Part shown: positions 43,139 to 56,089 of the stretch, one piece after another
Layout: the number at the start of each line of letters is the position of its first letter
Position numbering within the stretch: position 1 is the first letter of the stretch
Assembly (NCBI GenBank): GCA_964016885.1
Contig: OZ024741.1
Span: forward strand, 187,116,001-187,180,000
Source of the DNA: Eledone cirrhosa
Taxonomy: Eukaryota
Reading direction: 5' to 3'
DNA length: 64,000 bases
Translations under genes and position numbers: made by a program
Notes under the pieces: model-generated
The model's database searches: none
Told to the model about the DNA's origin: nothing
What the model saw: the letters and a program-made list of their open reading frames with translations, nothing else

Positions 43139-43659
43139 GGATCGATATTTGAGCCTATACGTATTTGTAATTAATTATTAAACATATATGTGCGTGTGAC
43201 TGTGTGTTTGTATGTATGTATGTGTATGTGTGCGTGTGAACGACGGATATATGTGTGGGAGTTGTATTGTCCACTAATGAAATATAACAGATGTAATCTA
43301 GGTTATTTATCAAACTTCAAATGAGCTATCCTTTTCTTTGGCCAGTGTCCAGAATACTGTCCGACAATACCCATCTGTGTGCACATTTCGTACGAATGAC
43401 ACAGAATAAACTTTGCGCATTCGTTTACAGTTTTCTTGTGCTATTTTCAGTTTGTGTGGCATTTGGTAGTTTATTTCCGTTCGTTGTCTTTAGGGAAATA
43501 TATCGATAGCTAATATTCATACATACATTTATATACTTACATATATGTACGTATGCATATATACAACATACATACATCTGCAGGCATAACATACATACAT
43601 ACATACATACGTACATACATACATACATACATACATACATACATACATACATACATACA

Positions 43660-43688
<29 letters not shown>

Positions 43689-43691
<3 letters not shown>

Positions 43692-44046
43692 CAAATCTTA
43701 AAAAGCTGGGTTTCACAGAAACAGAAAGAACACGGCTAGTTAGGAAATTGCAAGTAGAATCCATTGATGGAACAGTAAAAATATGTAAAACATTCCAAAA
43801 ATTCTACATCTAATAACTGCATATACACTTGTACAGATACAAAGCGCATGCACATGCACACATACAGCTCAAAACATACACATCCACACATAAAATAACA
43901 TCCATACCTGCATACACATGCATGCATGGAGATATACATATCTACCTAGTTGATGTGCAAATTCCAATGACAGAGTTTTGTATTTATGTTAGTAACCGAC
44001 TCTCTCTCTATTGGCAAAAAATTGTGAAATTATAAAACCAGAAGAA
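43689..44046 (+). mobile_element. 3' end of R4/Dong RLE LINE, family C, inside (CATA)n
   Basis: NLKKLGFTETERTRLVRKLQVESIDGTVKICKTF + 3' UTR ending aaaccagaagaa; (CATA)n on both sides; homologous to 59130-59485. Confidence 0.85.
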
Positions 44047-44193
44047 CATACATACATACACACATACATACATACATGATGGCTGCCCCCTCGTTATCGA
44101 GTATGACCATTGCCCGAGGAGAAAGAAAAAAAAAAAAATAATAATAATAATAAATTTAAAAAAAAAATAAATAAATAAAAAATGAAAAAATAA

Positions 44194-44228
<35 letters not shown>

Positions 44229-44239
44229 CATACACATAT

Positions 44240-44274
<35 letters not shown>

Positions 44275-44409
44275 TACATTAATAACAATAATAATAATAA
44301 TAATAACAACAATAATAATAACGACAACAACAATAATAATATACATATACATATATATATACACACACACGCACACACATAAGCATATCTACACACACAC
44401 ACACACACG

Positions 44410-47400
44410 ATAGCAACTAACAGCGCTGCGATCGAATGTGGCTTTTTAGCCCAGCCAATGATCTAAGATGTCTTGCACAGAGTCGGCAACCAAAACATTT
44501 ACTGGGAATAGTCGGCTGTGGTTGGAGTTCGTGTACTTTTGCATGTCGCTTGAGCCCTCCTGCTGATTTACATTCTCTACCACATGTTTGTCAAACATGA
44601 TGAGTAGCATCTCCAACAGCAGCCTGGTAGTCAACCACTGGTCTTACTTTATGACTGCGAAGATGACTTTCGAGTCCAGCTTTGCTTAGGCAGAGTCTCG
44701 CACAGACGCTGCATGTTAGAACCATAGGAGGACCCTCGCCGTCTGGAAGTGCAACAGCAATGCCCTTCCTCACATCCCGCTTTACTTTCTCGTATGCGAT
44801 TCGAGATGCCTCAAAGGCAACTTTTCCCTCATATACAGTCTTTCTCCATTTATTACGATCACCTGCAATATTCTCCCATGTATCAGCAGAGATGTTAGCG
44901 TCTTTCAGAGAGGCTTTCAAGGAATCCTTATACCTCTTTTTTGGTTTATGTGGCGGTCGTTTTCCTATAACCAACTCTCCATAAAAGTGTTGTTTTGGTA
45001 TTCTAGAATCCTTCATCCTGGCAAGGTGACCACTCCAACGGAGTCGTTGCTTAAGCACAAGAGCTTCTATACTGTCACACATAGAGCTTTCCAAAATCTC
45101 GACATCACTGATGTGGTCCCTCCAGTGAACGCCATGGATCCGTCTGAGACACATCTGATGGAAACGCTCCAATTGCTTAAGGTGGTGTCGATATGTGACC
45201 CAGGTCTCGCAGGCATAAAGAAGACAAGAGAGCACACATGCCCTGTACACCTTTACCTTTGTCCTCCTGCATATGTCTCGCCGACCTCAGAGTCGCCTTT
45301 CTAGCTTTCCGAAAGCATCACTTGCTTTCCTAATCCTAAGTGAGATTTCACTGTCAAGGTTGCTGTATCGATTGACAGTGCTTCCCAGGTAGACAAACTG
45401 ATCAACCACTCCAAGTCGTTTGCTATACACATAGATCTTTGGTTCAGTGTACTGCTTACCAGGGGCAGGCTGGTACATGACGACGGTTTTCTTGAGACTG
45501 ACAGTCAGACCTAGGGCAGTGCAAGCGTCAGAAAATGCATTCAAAATGTGCTGTATATCACTCTCTGTGTGCGCTACAAGATCGCAATCATCTGCAGACA
45601 AGAGGTCTCTTATGATTGATGTAAATACTTTTGTCTTCGCAGCAAAGCGCCTGATGTTAAATATGCCGCCTGAGGTTCGATATCGGATGTAAACACCATG
45701 CTCGCAATTCCTGAATGCAATATAGGAAACCATTGCAAAGTATATGGCAAACAGGGTCGGTGCTGGAATATCCCCCTGTTTCACTCCATATTTTACTGAG
45801 ATAGGCTCCGATGTGTTACCCCCGACATTAACCCAAGCCTTCATGTCATCATGGAAAGACCTAACTAAAGCAAGGAACTTATCAGGGCAACCAAGTTTCT
45901 GGAGAACCTTCCATAATGCATCTCTGTTACCAGTATCAAAAGCTTTTGTCAGATCGACAAAAACCTGATACAGATCCAAGCCTTGTTCCATGCACTTCTC
46001 CTGGAGCTGTCTAGCTGAGAAGATCATATCAGTAGTGCCGCGTCCAGCACGAAAACCAGATTGACTTTCAGAAAGAACACAATCTGCAATGTGTGTCAGC
46101 AGACGGTCCAGAAGCACCCTACATAAAACTTTCCCTACGACAGAAAGCAATGATATACCTCTGTAGTTCCCACAATCTTTCCTGTTACCCTTTCCCTTGT
46201 ACAAGAGAACCATTACTGCATCTCTCCAGTCCTCAGGTACGGATTCATTAGCCCATATCCTGCCAAACAAAGAGTGAAGATGTTGCAGGAGTCTCTCACC
46301 ACCATATTGTAGGAGCTCAGCATGTATGCCATCCATACCTGGAGATCTTCCACTGTTCAGCTTCGAAATAGCCACTGCAACCTCCACAAGCGTCGGAGGT
46401 TCTGCGAGAGCTACTTTCACAGAATTTTCTGGAATGAGATTGAGGAAATCTTCACTGACGACAGACGGCTGCTTCAAAAGATCATCAAAGTGCTCTCGCC
46501 ACCTTCGTAGAATTCCTTGTGAGTCATGAAGAAGTTCTTTGCCATCCCTGCTGCGAAGCGGTGTCACCAGAGAAGAAGACGATCCATAAACCTCACGCAA
46601 GAGACTGTACAACAGCTTTGTGTTATTGGAATCAGACGCAGTTTGTATCTCACCAGCCTTCTCACTCCACCATTGATCCTTCATCTGAGAAAGACTCCGC
46701 CTAACACGTGATTTTACATCCCAGTGTTCCTCATGCAACGTATTCCTCTCCTGTGGTTTTGCCGTCAAGTAGCGTGACAGAGCACGCCTCTTATCAGCCA
46801 ACAAGTCTTCTATATGTACATCGTTCTCATCAAACCAGTCCTGATGTTTCCTCTGCGCCAATCCCAGAACTCACCTGCCTACATCATAAACCGACTTTTT
46901 AAGGGTCGGCCAATCCTCACCAAGATCTGCAGCCTGCATCTCTTCTTCCAATGTCCTCTTCACATTTTTATCCTTAAGACGAGCAGCATTCAATCTTTTG
47001 GGCAGGGCAACACCAGGAGCCCGGATTGTACGTTTAGTGATTAGTTTCACTTTTGCGCGTACCAGGCGGTGGTCCGTCCCGCACTCAGCTCCACGAAGAA
47101 CACGAACACACTGCACATCCTGTCTGTCACGCATCCTGACTAGGACGTAGTCCAAAAGATGCCATTCCTTAGATGCAGGATGCATCCATGTAGTCTTGAA
47201 TTTGTTCTTTTGTTGGAACATGGTGTAGGTAACACACAGGTCCAGCTCCTCACACATCTGCAGCAGGAGCATACCATTGCTGTTACACTTTCCCACCCCA
47301 TGCCTTCCGATTACATTCCATGTGTTAAAATCCCTACCCACTCTAGCATTAAAGTCACCAAGCACGATGACTTTGTCTGCCTGGGGGATATTTCTTAAAA

Positions 47401-47965
47401 CACCTTTCAAGGCATGGTAAAAGGACACCTTTTCCTCATCGACAGAACTCATAGTTGGAGCATACACACTCACCAGGGTAGCATATCTTCCTCTGTCCAG
47501 CGGAACTCTCATGGACATAAGACGTTCACTAATCCCTACTGGGAATTCTTCTAATTTGTTCACAAGCACAGTCTTAACAACAAATCCTACCCCAGCCTCT
47601 CTTCTGGTTCCTTCATCTCTTCCTTTCCAGAAGAATGTATATTCTCCACAAAATTCCGTAAGATGACCATCTCCAGCTAGCCTCGTCTCAGATAAAGTCA
47701 CGATGTCAAGATCGTAACGTCGAAGCTCCTTTGCAACAAGAGCGGTCCTTCGTTCAAGACGCCCCAAGGAATCCCTGTCAAGCAGCGTCCGTACGTTCCA
47801 GCAGCCAAGACTAAATGCCTTGTTTGGCTCTATTACAATGGCACGATGACGAGCGGGCCCAGGCTGTGATAACCTGGGGCCCCTGCCCTTATTGCCAATG
47901 ATCTTTTTTGTTCCAGAACCTAAATTGCCAATTATCTCTTTTATATTGTTCTGGAACATCATTGA
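44410..47965 (-). mobile_element. Nearly intact RTE-clade LINE (APE + RT + C-terminal zinc finger)
   Basis: WNVRTL..ERRTALVAKEL..LSETR, VYAPT, GDFNARVG, TDHRLV; SPGMDGI, NYRGISLL, QSGFR, DLTKAFD, GVKQG, SADD, FVYLGS; CSVCARLCLSKAGLESHLRSH. The three ORFs are in one frame, separated by two TGA codons (46871, 45287). Confidence 0.95.
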
Positions 47966-47996
47966 ATTGGAAAAAAAAAAAAAAAAAGTAATAATA

Positions 47997-48027
<31 letters not shown>

Positions 48028-48055
48028 TAGTACACTATTAATAATTATTAATGCA

Positions 48056-48323
48056 CTCGTGCAATGCCTGTGCGTGACGAATATTTTTAAAGTGAGGAAA
48101 GACTGTGCACTGAGCCAATGCCACTCTCTGAGCGACAGTAGCTATAACCCGAAAAGAAGAAAAGTCAACATCATCGGTAACTACTGAGCCGCAGGTTTTA
48201 TGTCGGAGTTAACCCAGTTTCCTGAGATGCCTTCTCCTAGAAGAATGCCCTGACAAGGGCTAGGGGTTCTTCACTCCCAGTGGTTTAACGGCGCGATCGG
48301 GCATCCAGCCCGATTATTTCTAT
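48056..48323 (-). mobile_element. RTE-derived non-autonomous element; its other part lies at 44078-44118
   Basis: Matches 61259-61572 (gatggctgcc..ctcgttatcgagtatgaccattgc ... tcgtgcaatgcctgtgcg ... ccttctcctagaagaatgccc). Confidence 0.75.
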
Positions 48324-48459
48324 GTCCCCGCGCAAAAAAAAAAAAAAAAATCACTTATTGACACTTATACGTACGACATACACACACACGCATACATATG
48401 CGCGCACACAGCAACACTCATACATACAAACAAACACACACACGCTACTCTACTCACTT

Positions 48460-48505
<46 letters not shown>

Positions 48506-48609
48506 CCGTCATTACTGATACAAGATTACAAGATTATGTCAACTGTTGACTTTCAAGAGTTTGTATAGTTGAAGCCGATCGTATTACAGTCCAGTATTAT
48601 TATAATTGC

Positions 48610-48757
48610 TTTACAGCATAGAGTCACGGCCCTCCACGCTCTGAGCTCAAATCCCGCCGAGGTCAACCTTGCCTTTCATCCCCACGGAGTCAACAAAAGA
48701 GAGTACCAGTGATGCGCTGGACCAGTCGCTGAATCCGTGCCAAAAGCAGAAAAATTA
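48610..48757 (+). mobile_element. SINE family S, degenerate
   Basis: ctgagctcaaatcccgccgaggtcaaccttgcctttcatcc...gtgccaaaagcagaaaaattatt. Confidence 0.8.
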
Positions 48758-49239
48758 TTATTAAAGTTGTTTTCTTAAGGCCCGGTCGCTGGTGATGGTG
48801 GTGGCGGCGGCGGAAGTGGTGGTGGTGGCAGTTGATGTAGTTGTGTTGTGTTATTTTGAGTTTTTTTTTTATTTTTATTTTTTATCTTTTGATGCCGCTG
48901 TTGTTGTTGTAAATGTTCATTTCAATTCATTCTGAAGCTGTTGTTGCTGTAAACATTAGTGCCGGTGTTGTTGTTGTAGATGTTGGGGTTGAAATCTGGT
49001 CGTTTGACTGAGTGATGTATATACACACATATACATACATATGTATATATATATATATACACATTCAACAGAGAGTAAAGAGTTTGACAACAGGTCGATG
49101 ACTTTAGTCTAGATAGGGTAATGACATGTGATGGTGGGGAGAGAGTGTAGAAGTTATTGTGGCGGCGAGGGACAGTGCAATGTATCTAGTTCATTTGACC
49201 GTTTTCTTCTCTTTGCAAAATTTGAATTTTAGCCATGTT

Positions 49240-49317
49240 ATATTGAGATGTAAGTAAATGTATTTTACATTGAGATGTAAGTAAATGTATTTTACATTGA
49301 GATGTAAGTAAATGTAT

Positions 49318-49323
<6 letters not shown>
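49240..49323. repeat. 27-bp tandem repeat x3 (cattgagatgtaagtaaatgtatttta)
   Basis: Direct reading. Confidence 0.9.
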
Positions 49324-49349
<26 letters not shown>

Positions 49350-49360
49350 CATACATACAT

Positions 49361-49966
49361 GGTGGCTGCCAACTCGTTTTCGAGTACGGCCACTACTTTA
49401 TATCCATGTAGGAGAACTCCTACCGATGCGTTGAACAAGTGTGACTTTTTAGTCCAGCCAGCGACTTGAAAACTCTGGTACAAACACTACACTTGTGACA
49501 ATTATTGACACATAGTGCTGGGCCCATGGTACCATGTGATGACAAGTGCAGAGAGATCTCCAGATATAAAGCAATGCCTGTGCCGTGAAGCTTTAATAGT
49601 GAGCAAAGGCACTGCACAAAGCCAGTCCCACTCTTTTAACCAAGATGATATTTACCAAAAAGAAGAACAAGTCAACATCATTGGATACCATCAGGGTTGC
49701 AGGTGTTATATCAGAGTTTTCCTTCTCCTAGAATTCTGCCTTGGCAAAGACTAATGGGTCATCTCTCCCGGTTATTTTGGATGGCCATTGACTCTTAAGA
49801 GATCCTTTGCCCTTTGACAGGTTTTGTTTTTAGTCCTGCAGGATGTCCAAAGTCACCCTCCTCACCAAGAAACCTTGGTGGGGTTGCCAGTTTAATCGCC
49901 AACGACCCGACCATGAGACAGGTTGTACTGGGATACATGTTACCAGTAGCACCAACTGGTGACCTG
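49361..49966 (-). mobile_element. Bipartite RTE-derived non-autonomous element (5' UTR fused to 3' end) inside (CATA)n
   Basis: Contains the RTE 5'-UTR-like motif ctaggagaaggaaaactctga and a zinc-finger remnant CSVCTRVFKSLAGLKSH; close copy at 60469-60829. Confidence 0.75.
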
Positions 49967-50044
49967 ACATACATACATACATACATACATACATACATAC
50001 ATACATACATACATACATACATACATACATACATACATACATAC

Positions 50045-50782
50045 AAGACCTGGATAATATCAAAGAAGCAACCTCTTCAACAGAAAAAAATGTCAGCAAC
50101 CAAACCACCTTACCCAAGTTTATGAGCATGAAAATGATAATATTGTTACGATAGCCACTGAGCTAGAAGAGAGACATGAAATAAAACCTGATACAAATCT
50201 CTTTCTCGGGAACACTGAGACTTAATGATCGAACAAAATAAATGGACCAATTCACTGAGTAGCTTGTACATGGGTACTTGAACCAAAAATACAGACCATA
50301 GAAGGGATAAACCATGCGAAAAGCCTGACATGGATTTCAGACTTTGAAGGATACCTCCATGCAATCCAGCAACGAGGGATCCCCACAAAGTATGTACTGT
50401 ACAAAATAGGAAGGTCATCAGTCGACAATAAATGTAAGTTGTACAAAACAAAGTTTGAAGATGTTAGCCACATTATTGTGAAAGAATGTCTTCTCGTTAC
50501 TACCTCACCATGAGACATGATGAGATAGATAGAATGATCTGGAATGCATTACGGAAGATGAAAATAAAATAAAATAAGAAGGAATATATTGAGACTGGTG
50601 GCACCCAAACATAAAAACTACCTCGAAATTAAAAGATAACTGGCTTGATACTGATATTCAGGACCACATATTCAAAGGATGCTCAGTTGTAGAGGTAAGC
50701 TGCCCACTTGATGACAATCTGGTAAGAGAAATGCAAGAGAAGAGCGATTTCTACAGACCATTGATGAGGAGTTTGCAGATTA
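50045..50782 (+). mobile_element. Degraded fragment of R4/Dong family A-like LINE
   Basis: NHLTQVYEHE..IVTIATELEERHEIKPD, QTIEGINHAKSL, VVEVSCPLD, YRPLMRSLQI match ORF 257-1570; CATA repeats on both sides. Confidence 0.85.
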
Positions 50783-50824
50783 AGAGAAACAAAAAACATA
50801 CATGCATACATACATATATATACA

Positions 50825-52190
50825 TGCAGAGAGGAAAGGAAACCACTATATATTTCGTTGACCTAACGAAAACTTTTGATACAGTCATCAGACAGCCCGT
50901 TTATAAGGTTTTGAAAAGCCTTGGCTGTTCTCCCACGCTTCTTTGATCAGTGGTCTCTTACAATGAAGCTATGCATGTCTGTATACAGTTCGAAGGGAGC
51001 ATACCTGAATACTTTGAAGTCAGGATCGGAGTAAAACAAGGCTGCGTTCGCACTTCCACTCTCATCGGTAAATATTTGGTTAACCTTCTTCGACATCCAT
51101 TCAAGGATGGTGTAGAATGTATCTGTTAGAACTAGGTTTGATGGTTCTCTATTCAATTTGCGTAGGCTAAAATTAAAAGACTGACCACTGAAATACTTAT
51201 TAGGGAATTACTCTTTTCTGACGATGCCGCCCTCATTGCTCACAGCAAAATTGTATTTTAAAGATTAATGGATAGTCTAAAAAGAGCGTGCAATCTATTC
51301 GCCTTGACTATTAGTGTCAATAAGTCCAAGGTAATATGCCAAGGAACAAACTAAGCTCTAATAATAAATATTAATGGAAATGCGCTGAAAACGGTAGATA
51401 AGTTTGTTTACTTGGAATTATCTGTATCTGGCTTTAAGAACTAAATGGAAGAATTGGAAAAGCTACAGCAGCTATCGGAAAACTCAACAAAGGAGCGTGG
51501 GAAAATGTCAACCTCAAATCGATGACTAAAATTTCGTTATAATAGATGTGTGTCCTTTCAACTCTTCTTTAAAGAAGTGAGACTTGGACAATCTACTTAG
51601 ATCAAGAAACAAGACTGAATTCCTTTAATAGCACTGTTTTAGGAAGATCCTTAATATCAAAGGGTAAGATAACATCTTTGATACATAAATTCTCCGGTGA
51701 GTAAACGTTCTATCACTACCCAATTTTTAGACCCAGACGATAGAGATGACTAGATCATGTCTGCCCAATGGATGAATCCAAAATTGCCAAGCAGGTGCTG
51801 TATGGAGAACTAGCCGATGGAAGAGGGATACATCCTAAGCTACACTTCACCGACTAATGTAAAACTGGCCTGAAAGAGTCCTCCTTTGGTGAAAAGAAAT
51901 AGAAAGAGTCATCAGGAGATCATAGCAATTGGAGATCAGCTGTACATAGAGCAGCCGAAGCATTTGAAAATTCTCGATTCCTATATGCTGTTAATACAAG
52001 ACAAAACGGTGGCTACACATCTTGATAGATTAAACAGCTTCAATATTGCTCTATTTTATGTATTGTGAAAAGACATGTCAGGCGCGCATAGAATTAATCA
52101 TTTGTGAAAGGTGGTATTCGGAAAGTAGTCGGTTGAGAAGGGTGAAGATGTTACCATATCTGCAAGACGATCGATCACCAACGAAAAGAG
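50825..52190 (+). mobile_element. Old degraded RTE-clade RT fragment
   Basis: YFVDLTKTFDTV, IGVKQGC, RTRFDGSLFNLRRL, RELLFSDDAALIAHS, VDKFVYLG, KQVLYGEL; many stops. Confidence 0.85.
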
Positions 52191-52857
52191 TCAAGAGAAA
52201 AGAGATATACATATTTATACAATCATTGCTGAACAAAAATAGATATTTGTACGCGTAGACCTTAAGTCACGCACAGGCATATATATATATATACATTAAA
52301 ACGCGTATGGCATCTATACTTACATTGATGCATACATACAAGCATGCATACATATATACATACACCTGTACATACATAAAACGTGAGTTCCAAAGAATTA
52401 AGTTCCGACTTAGTTACCTTACATTTATTATTGACGAAGGGAACATTTATTCCGAAATATTAAGGACTAATTAAACATGACTAATCTAGCACCTCCGAGG
52501 TTATATTTCAACTCCGCTGTCGTTATTTTTAACATATAACATCCTGTTTGCATTGCTGTGCCACTAAAAAAATACAATGATTTCATCACGTTTCACAAAC
52601 ACACACACGCGCGCGCGCGCACTCACTCACGCATATTTATATATATATGTGTGTGTATATATATATATATATATTTATAATATAAATATAAATTAGCGAG
52701 AATCGTATTTCGGCTTCCGAGATGTGTGGCAAGCGCTCAATGATTCAGATGAACCAGAGCTACAACGTACGTTAAAGGCCAAACACGCTGAGACGATGGT
52801 TAAACAATCATCCGCATAGCCATAGAAACGACCAAGTAATTCGGGTCAAACAAATAA

Positions 52858-53048
52858 AAATATATGTGATTGAAAAAATTATATATATATATATACGCAT
52901 AATATATATATGTGATTGAAAAAATTATATATATATATATACGCATAATATATATATGTGATTGAAAAAATTAAATATATATATATATATACGCATAATA
53001 TATATATGTGATTGAAAAAATTAAATATATATATATATATACGCATAA
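52858..53048. repeat. ~45-48-bp tandem repeat x4 (tatgtgattgaaaaaatta..tacgcataa)
   Basis: Direct reading. Confidence 0.9.
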
Positions 53049-53697
53049 TTTTTATTACATAAATATGCTTGCAAGCACGGGTATGTAGTTAAGAATTTCG
53101 TTTCACATCCACATGGTTCTGGTATTGTGCTGTTAATGGTGGTGGTAGTGGGTTGTAATTGTAATTGTATGTTGATGTTATGGTGATAATAGATATACTG
53201 ATGGTCATGGTGATGGTGGTGTCGGGTGGTGCTGATGGTGGTGTTGGTGTTGGGTGGCGGTGATGGTGATGCTGGTGTTGGGTGGTGGTGGTGATGGTGA
53301 TGTTGGGGTTGGGTGGTGGTGTTGATGGTGGAATTGGGGTTGGATGGCGGTGATGGTGATGCTGGTGTTGGGTGGCGGTGAAGGGTGATGTTGGGGTTGG
53401 GTGGTGGTGATGCGGTGAGAAAGACATATCAAAGGAATGAGTCAAGGAGAAGTATAAGGAGGGAGGACAAGAGAGGGACAGGAGGAATATGGGGAGTTAT
53501 TTAATGTAAAATATTGATGTTTCTAATTGAAACGTAATGAAAGATAATTCACAACACAATTACACTCTCTTATTACATTTAACACATATACACCTTATAC
53601 CCCTCTTACTACTTCATTTCCACCTTCTCGTTTCATTCTTCTTCTTCTTCTTCTTCTTCTTCTTCTTCTATCATCATCATCATGATTATTACCATTA

Positions 53698-53805
53698 TCC
53701 CGCCGAGGTTGACTTTGCCTTTCATCCTTACGGGGTCGATAAAATAAAGTACCAGTAATGCACTGGGTATTTGCTGGCCTTGTGCCTAAAGTATAAACAA
53801 TTATT
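53698..53805 (+). mobile_element. 5'-truncated SINE family S
   Basis: tcccgccgaggttgactttgcctttcatcc...ccttgtgcctaaagtataaacaattatt. Confidence 0.85.
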
Positions 53806-53829
53806 ACCATTATTTTGTTGTTTTAGTGT

Positions 53830-55750
53830 AGCAGTGATTACGTATATCAATGATTTGCAACCGTTGACCATACAGTTCCAGGAGTACCAAAGCACATTTT
53901 CATAGGATCACCTGAAATAACTAGACTTTTGGGGGTCTACAGATGTCTCTGAGAGGACCACACGCATAATGCCAATACGTATGATCGTCTTATCACAATC
54001 CTTATATCGATTTCAACAGCATAAATGTTGTTCTATTGAGTCATACCTAGTACTCCAAATATTATCGGTACTGTCTTTTGTTCCATGTATCCTGTTTATT
54101 TCCATTTCAAGATCCTAGTACTTTGACAGTTTCTCGATTTCTTTCCGGGCCTCAAATGCTTTGTTCAGAAGAAACGAGATATCTCTCAGATTGCTGAGAT
54201 TTTAATTCTTGTTCTTGATAATTATATCTGCACTGTTTGTCTTAATTTCCTTGTGAATTTAGACCGGCATGTATCATATTACTGGGGGCATATCATTGTC
54301 ATGTACTGGATGCTCTGTTTGGTACATACATGTACGCTTCCACCCCGTCTGCATGATAATATATCAGCATATTGTTCAACGAACATAGCAGCCAACACAA
54401 TTGGGATTTTGAATAGGGATACATTCTGTCATTTCACGGACTGGGCAGCCATGTTTGATTATGCCAGTTGCTTCATTGTATTGATGTTTTTTTAATATCA
54501 TTACCATTATTTCTAGTTAATCATTAGAGATATGAGACTGAAACCAGATCTGTCTCATCTATCTTTAGCCCAGTACTATAGTTGGCTTTCACTCTGAATT
54601 TCTTCTCTGCCAAGCAATGTATGGCGTTGGCCATGGAATGATTTCTCATCCTCCTTTTTTCTTTTTTACAATATTTTTGAATTCCATTTTTTGTCTTTTT
54701 TTTTTTTTGTTTTGTTTTTAACTGTTCTGTTATTTTGACCTCATCTAAATATTTGTCCACGATTTAGATGGCTCCTCGTTTCTGCTATAATGTTTTCTTT
54801 TTTATAAAGAAAAGTTATTTCCATGTCCCCTTCAATACGTTTCTCTTTGCTTCTATTTTTGTAGTCCCACTATGTAGAGTTGATTTTATCTATATTAGCT
54901 TACTGGCTTCGGAAGGTTATATAGTTTCTGGCTAGTGTATTTATACCTATTATTTTATTTGGCAGTATCGGTAGAGGGTCGGACGCCATGCTTTGCAGCA
55001 TAGTTACGTCCCTTTACGGACTGAGTTCAAATCCCGCCGAGGTTAACTTTGCCTTTCATCCTTACGGGGTCGATAAAATAAAGTACCAGTAATGCACTGG
55101 GTAATTGCTGGCCTTGTGCCTAAAGTAGAAACAATTATTTTATTCCTAACATTGAATTTAGTTTTGTAATATTAGTCTGACTGTAGCATTCTTTATAATT
55201 GTATTCGTCATATATGTATATTGTAGCGTATTTGTTTCATCTACTCCTAAATATATGTGAGTGTAATTCTGATCAAATACTTTAATGTCGATATCTGTAA
55301 CTAATTTACTAGTCTCAGTTTTAGTAATTTTCTTTTGTCAAATATTATCTTTGACACATTTATCTTGTCCCATATTTTCGCTAAAATATTATTTGTAAGT
55401 AGTATTATTTTTGTTGTGTACATCCCGGATATGTGTAACATATTATTTTGTATTTTACTTTGCATCAATATCACACTAATGAATGTATGCGTATCCTAGT
55501 AATCTTATTTTCTGTATGTTATGTACAATTCTAGGTCCTGAAATAATATATATTTATCTGCATCATATCTAATCATTTCCAAAAAACAATATCTATTATT
55601 ATATTGATTTTCTCTGTTTTCAGTCCCTACATTTCATATTTTTGTATTGTATAGTTTCTCCATTATGTTCAGAAATATATTATCTTTTGTTGGGACTAGT
55701 AAGTTGATTAGGTGGCATTTTATTTACTGCTGGTCTTTCAGAATAATATT
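53830..55750 (-). mobile_element. Old, heavily degraded R4/Dong RLE LINE interrupted by a SINE
   Basis: Remnants IYLGVDE, VRLIL, RNKIIGINTLA, DIIIKNK, KEIEKLSKY.DLEMEINR, VPIIFGVLG; boundaries approximate. Confidence 0.7.
54960..55133 (+). mobile_element. SINE family S with 11-bp target-site duplication ATTATTTTATT
   Basis: TSD at 54949-54959 and 55134-55144; removing the SINE restores the host LINE frame RNKIIGINTL. Confidence 0.92.
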
Positions 55751-56089
55751 CAGTCGATTTGTCTGGACGAATCATTGCATTAGTTCTTCAGTTTGATTTG
55801 ATACCACGATTAAGGACATGCTGGAGCACTACTTTCGGCGCGAATTATTGTTAGAATGTTTAGAACATCGAAGTCTGCCGTTATTTATTTACGACCCTTT
55901 ATAATATGAGTTTAAATGCTGCTGAGTTTGACTTTATGCTTCACCAATACGACCTATGTATTAGACAGTTATATACATATTTTCTTTTTCTTTGGCTGAT
56001 TTAAAGGTAAAATGCCACGCATTTTGTGTGCTATCGCTGTAATGTCCCATTACCATTTTGGCAAATAAAATGACACCATCATCGTTATT

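Noticed and set aside
45287-46873. In-frame TGA codons in the RTE ORF (and TGA at ~17886 in the PLE arm) as selenocysteine or readthrough
   Set aside because: One is at a usual Trp codon, and the PLE one is CGA in the other arm (CpG decay). No SECIS was recognised; simple mutation explains them.
52858-53048. Regularly spaced repeats (also 4676-4872 and 49240-49323) as a CRISPR-like array
   Set aside because: Head-to-tail tandem repeats without unique spacers, in eukaryotic context with no cas genes.
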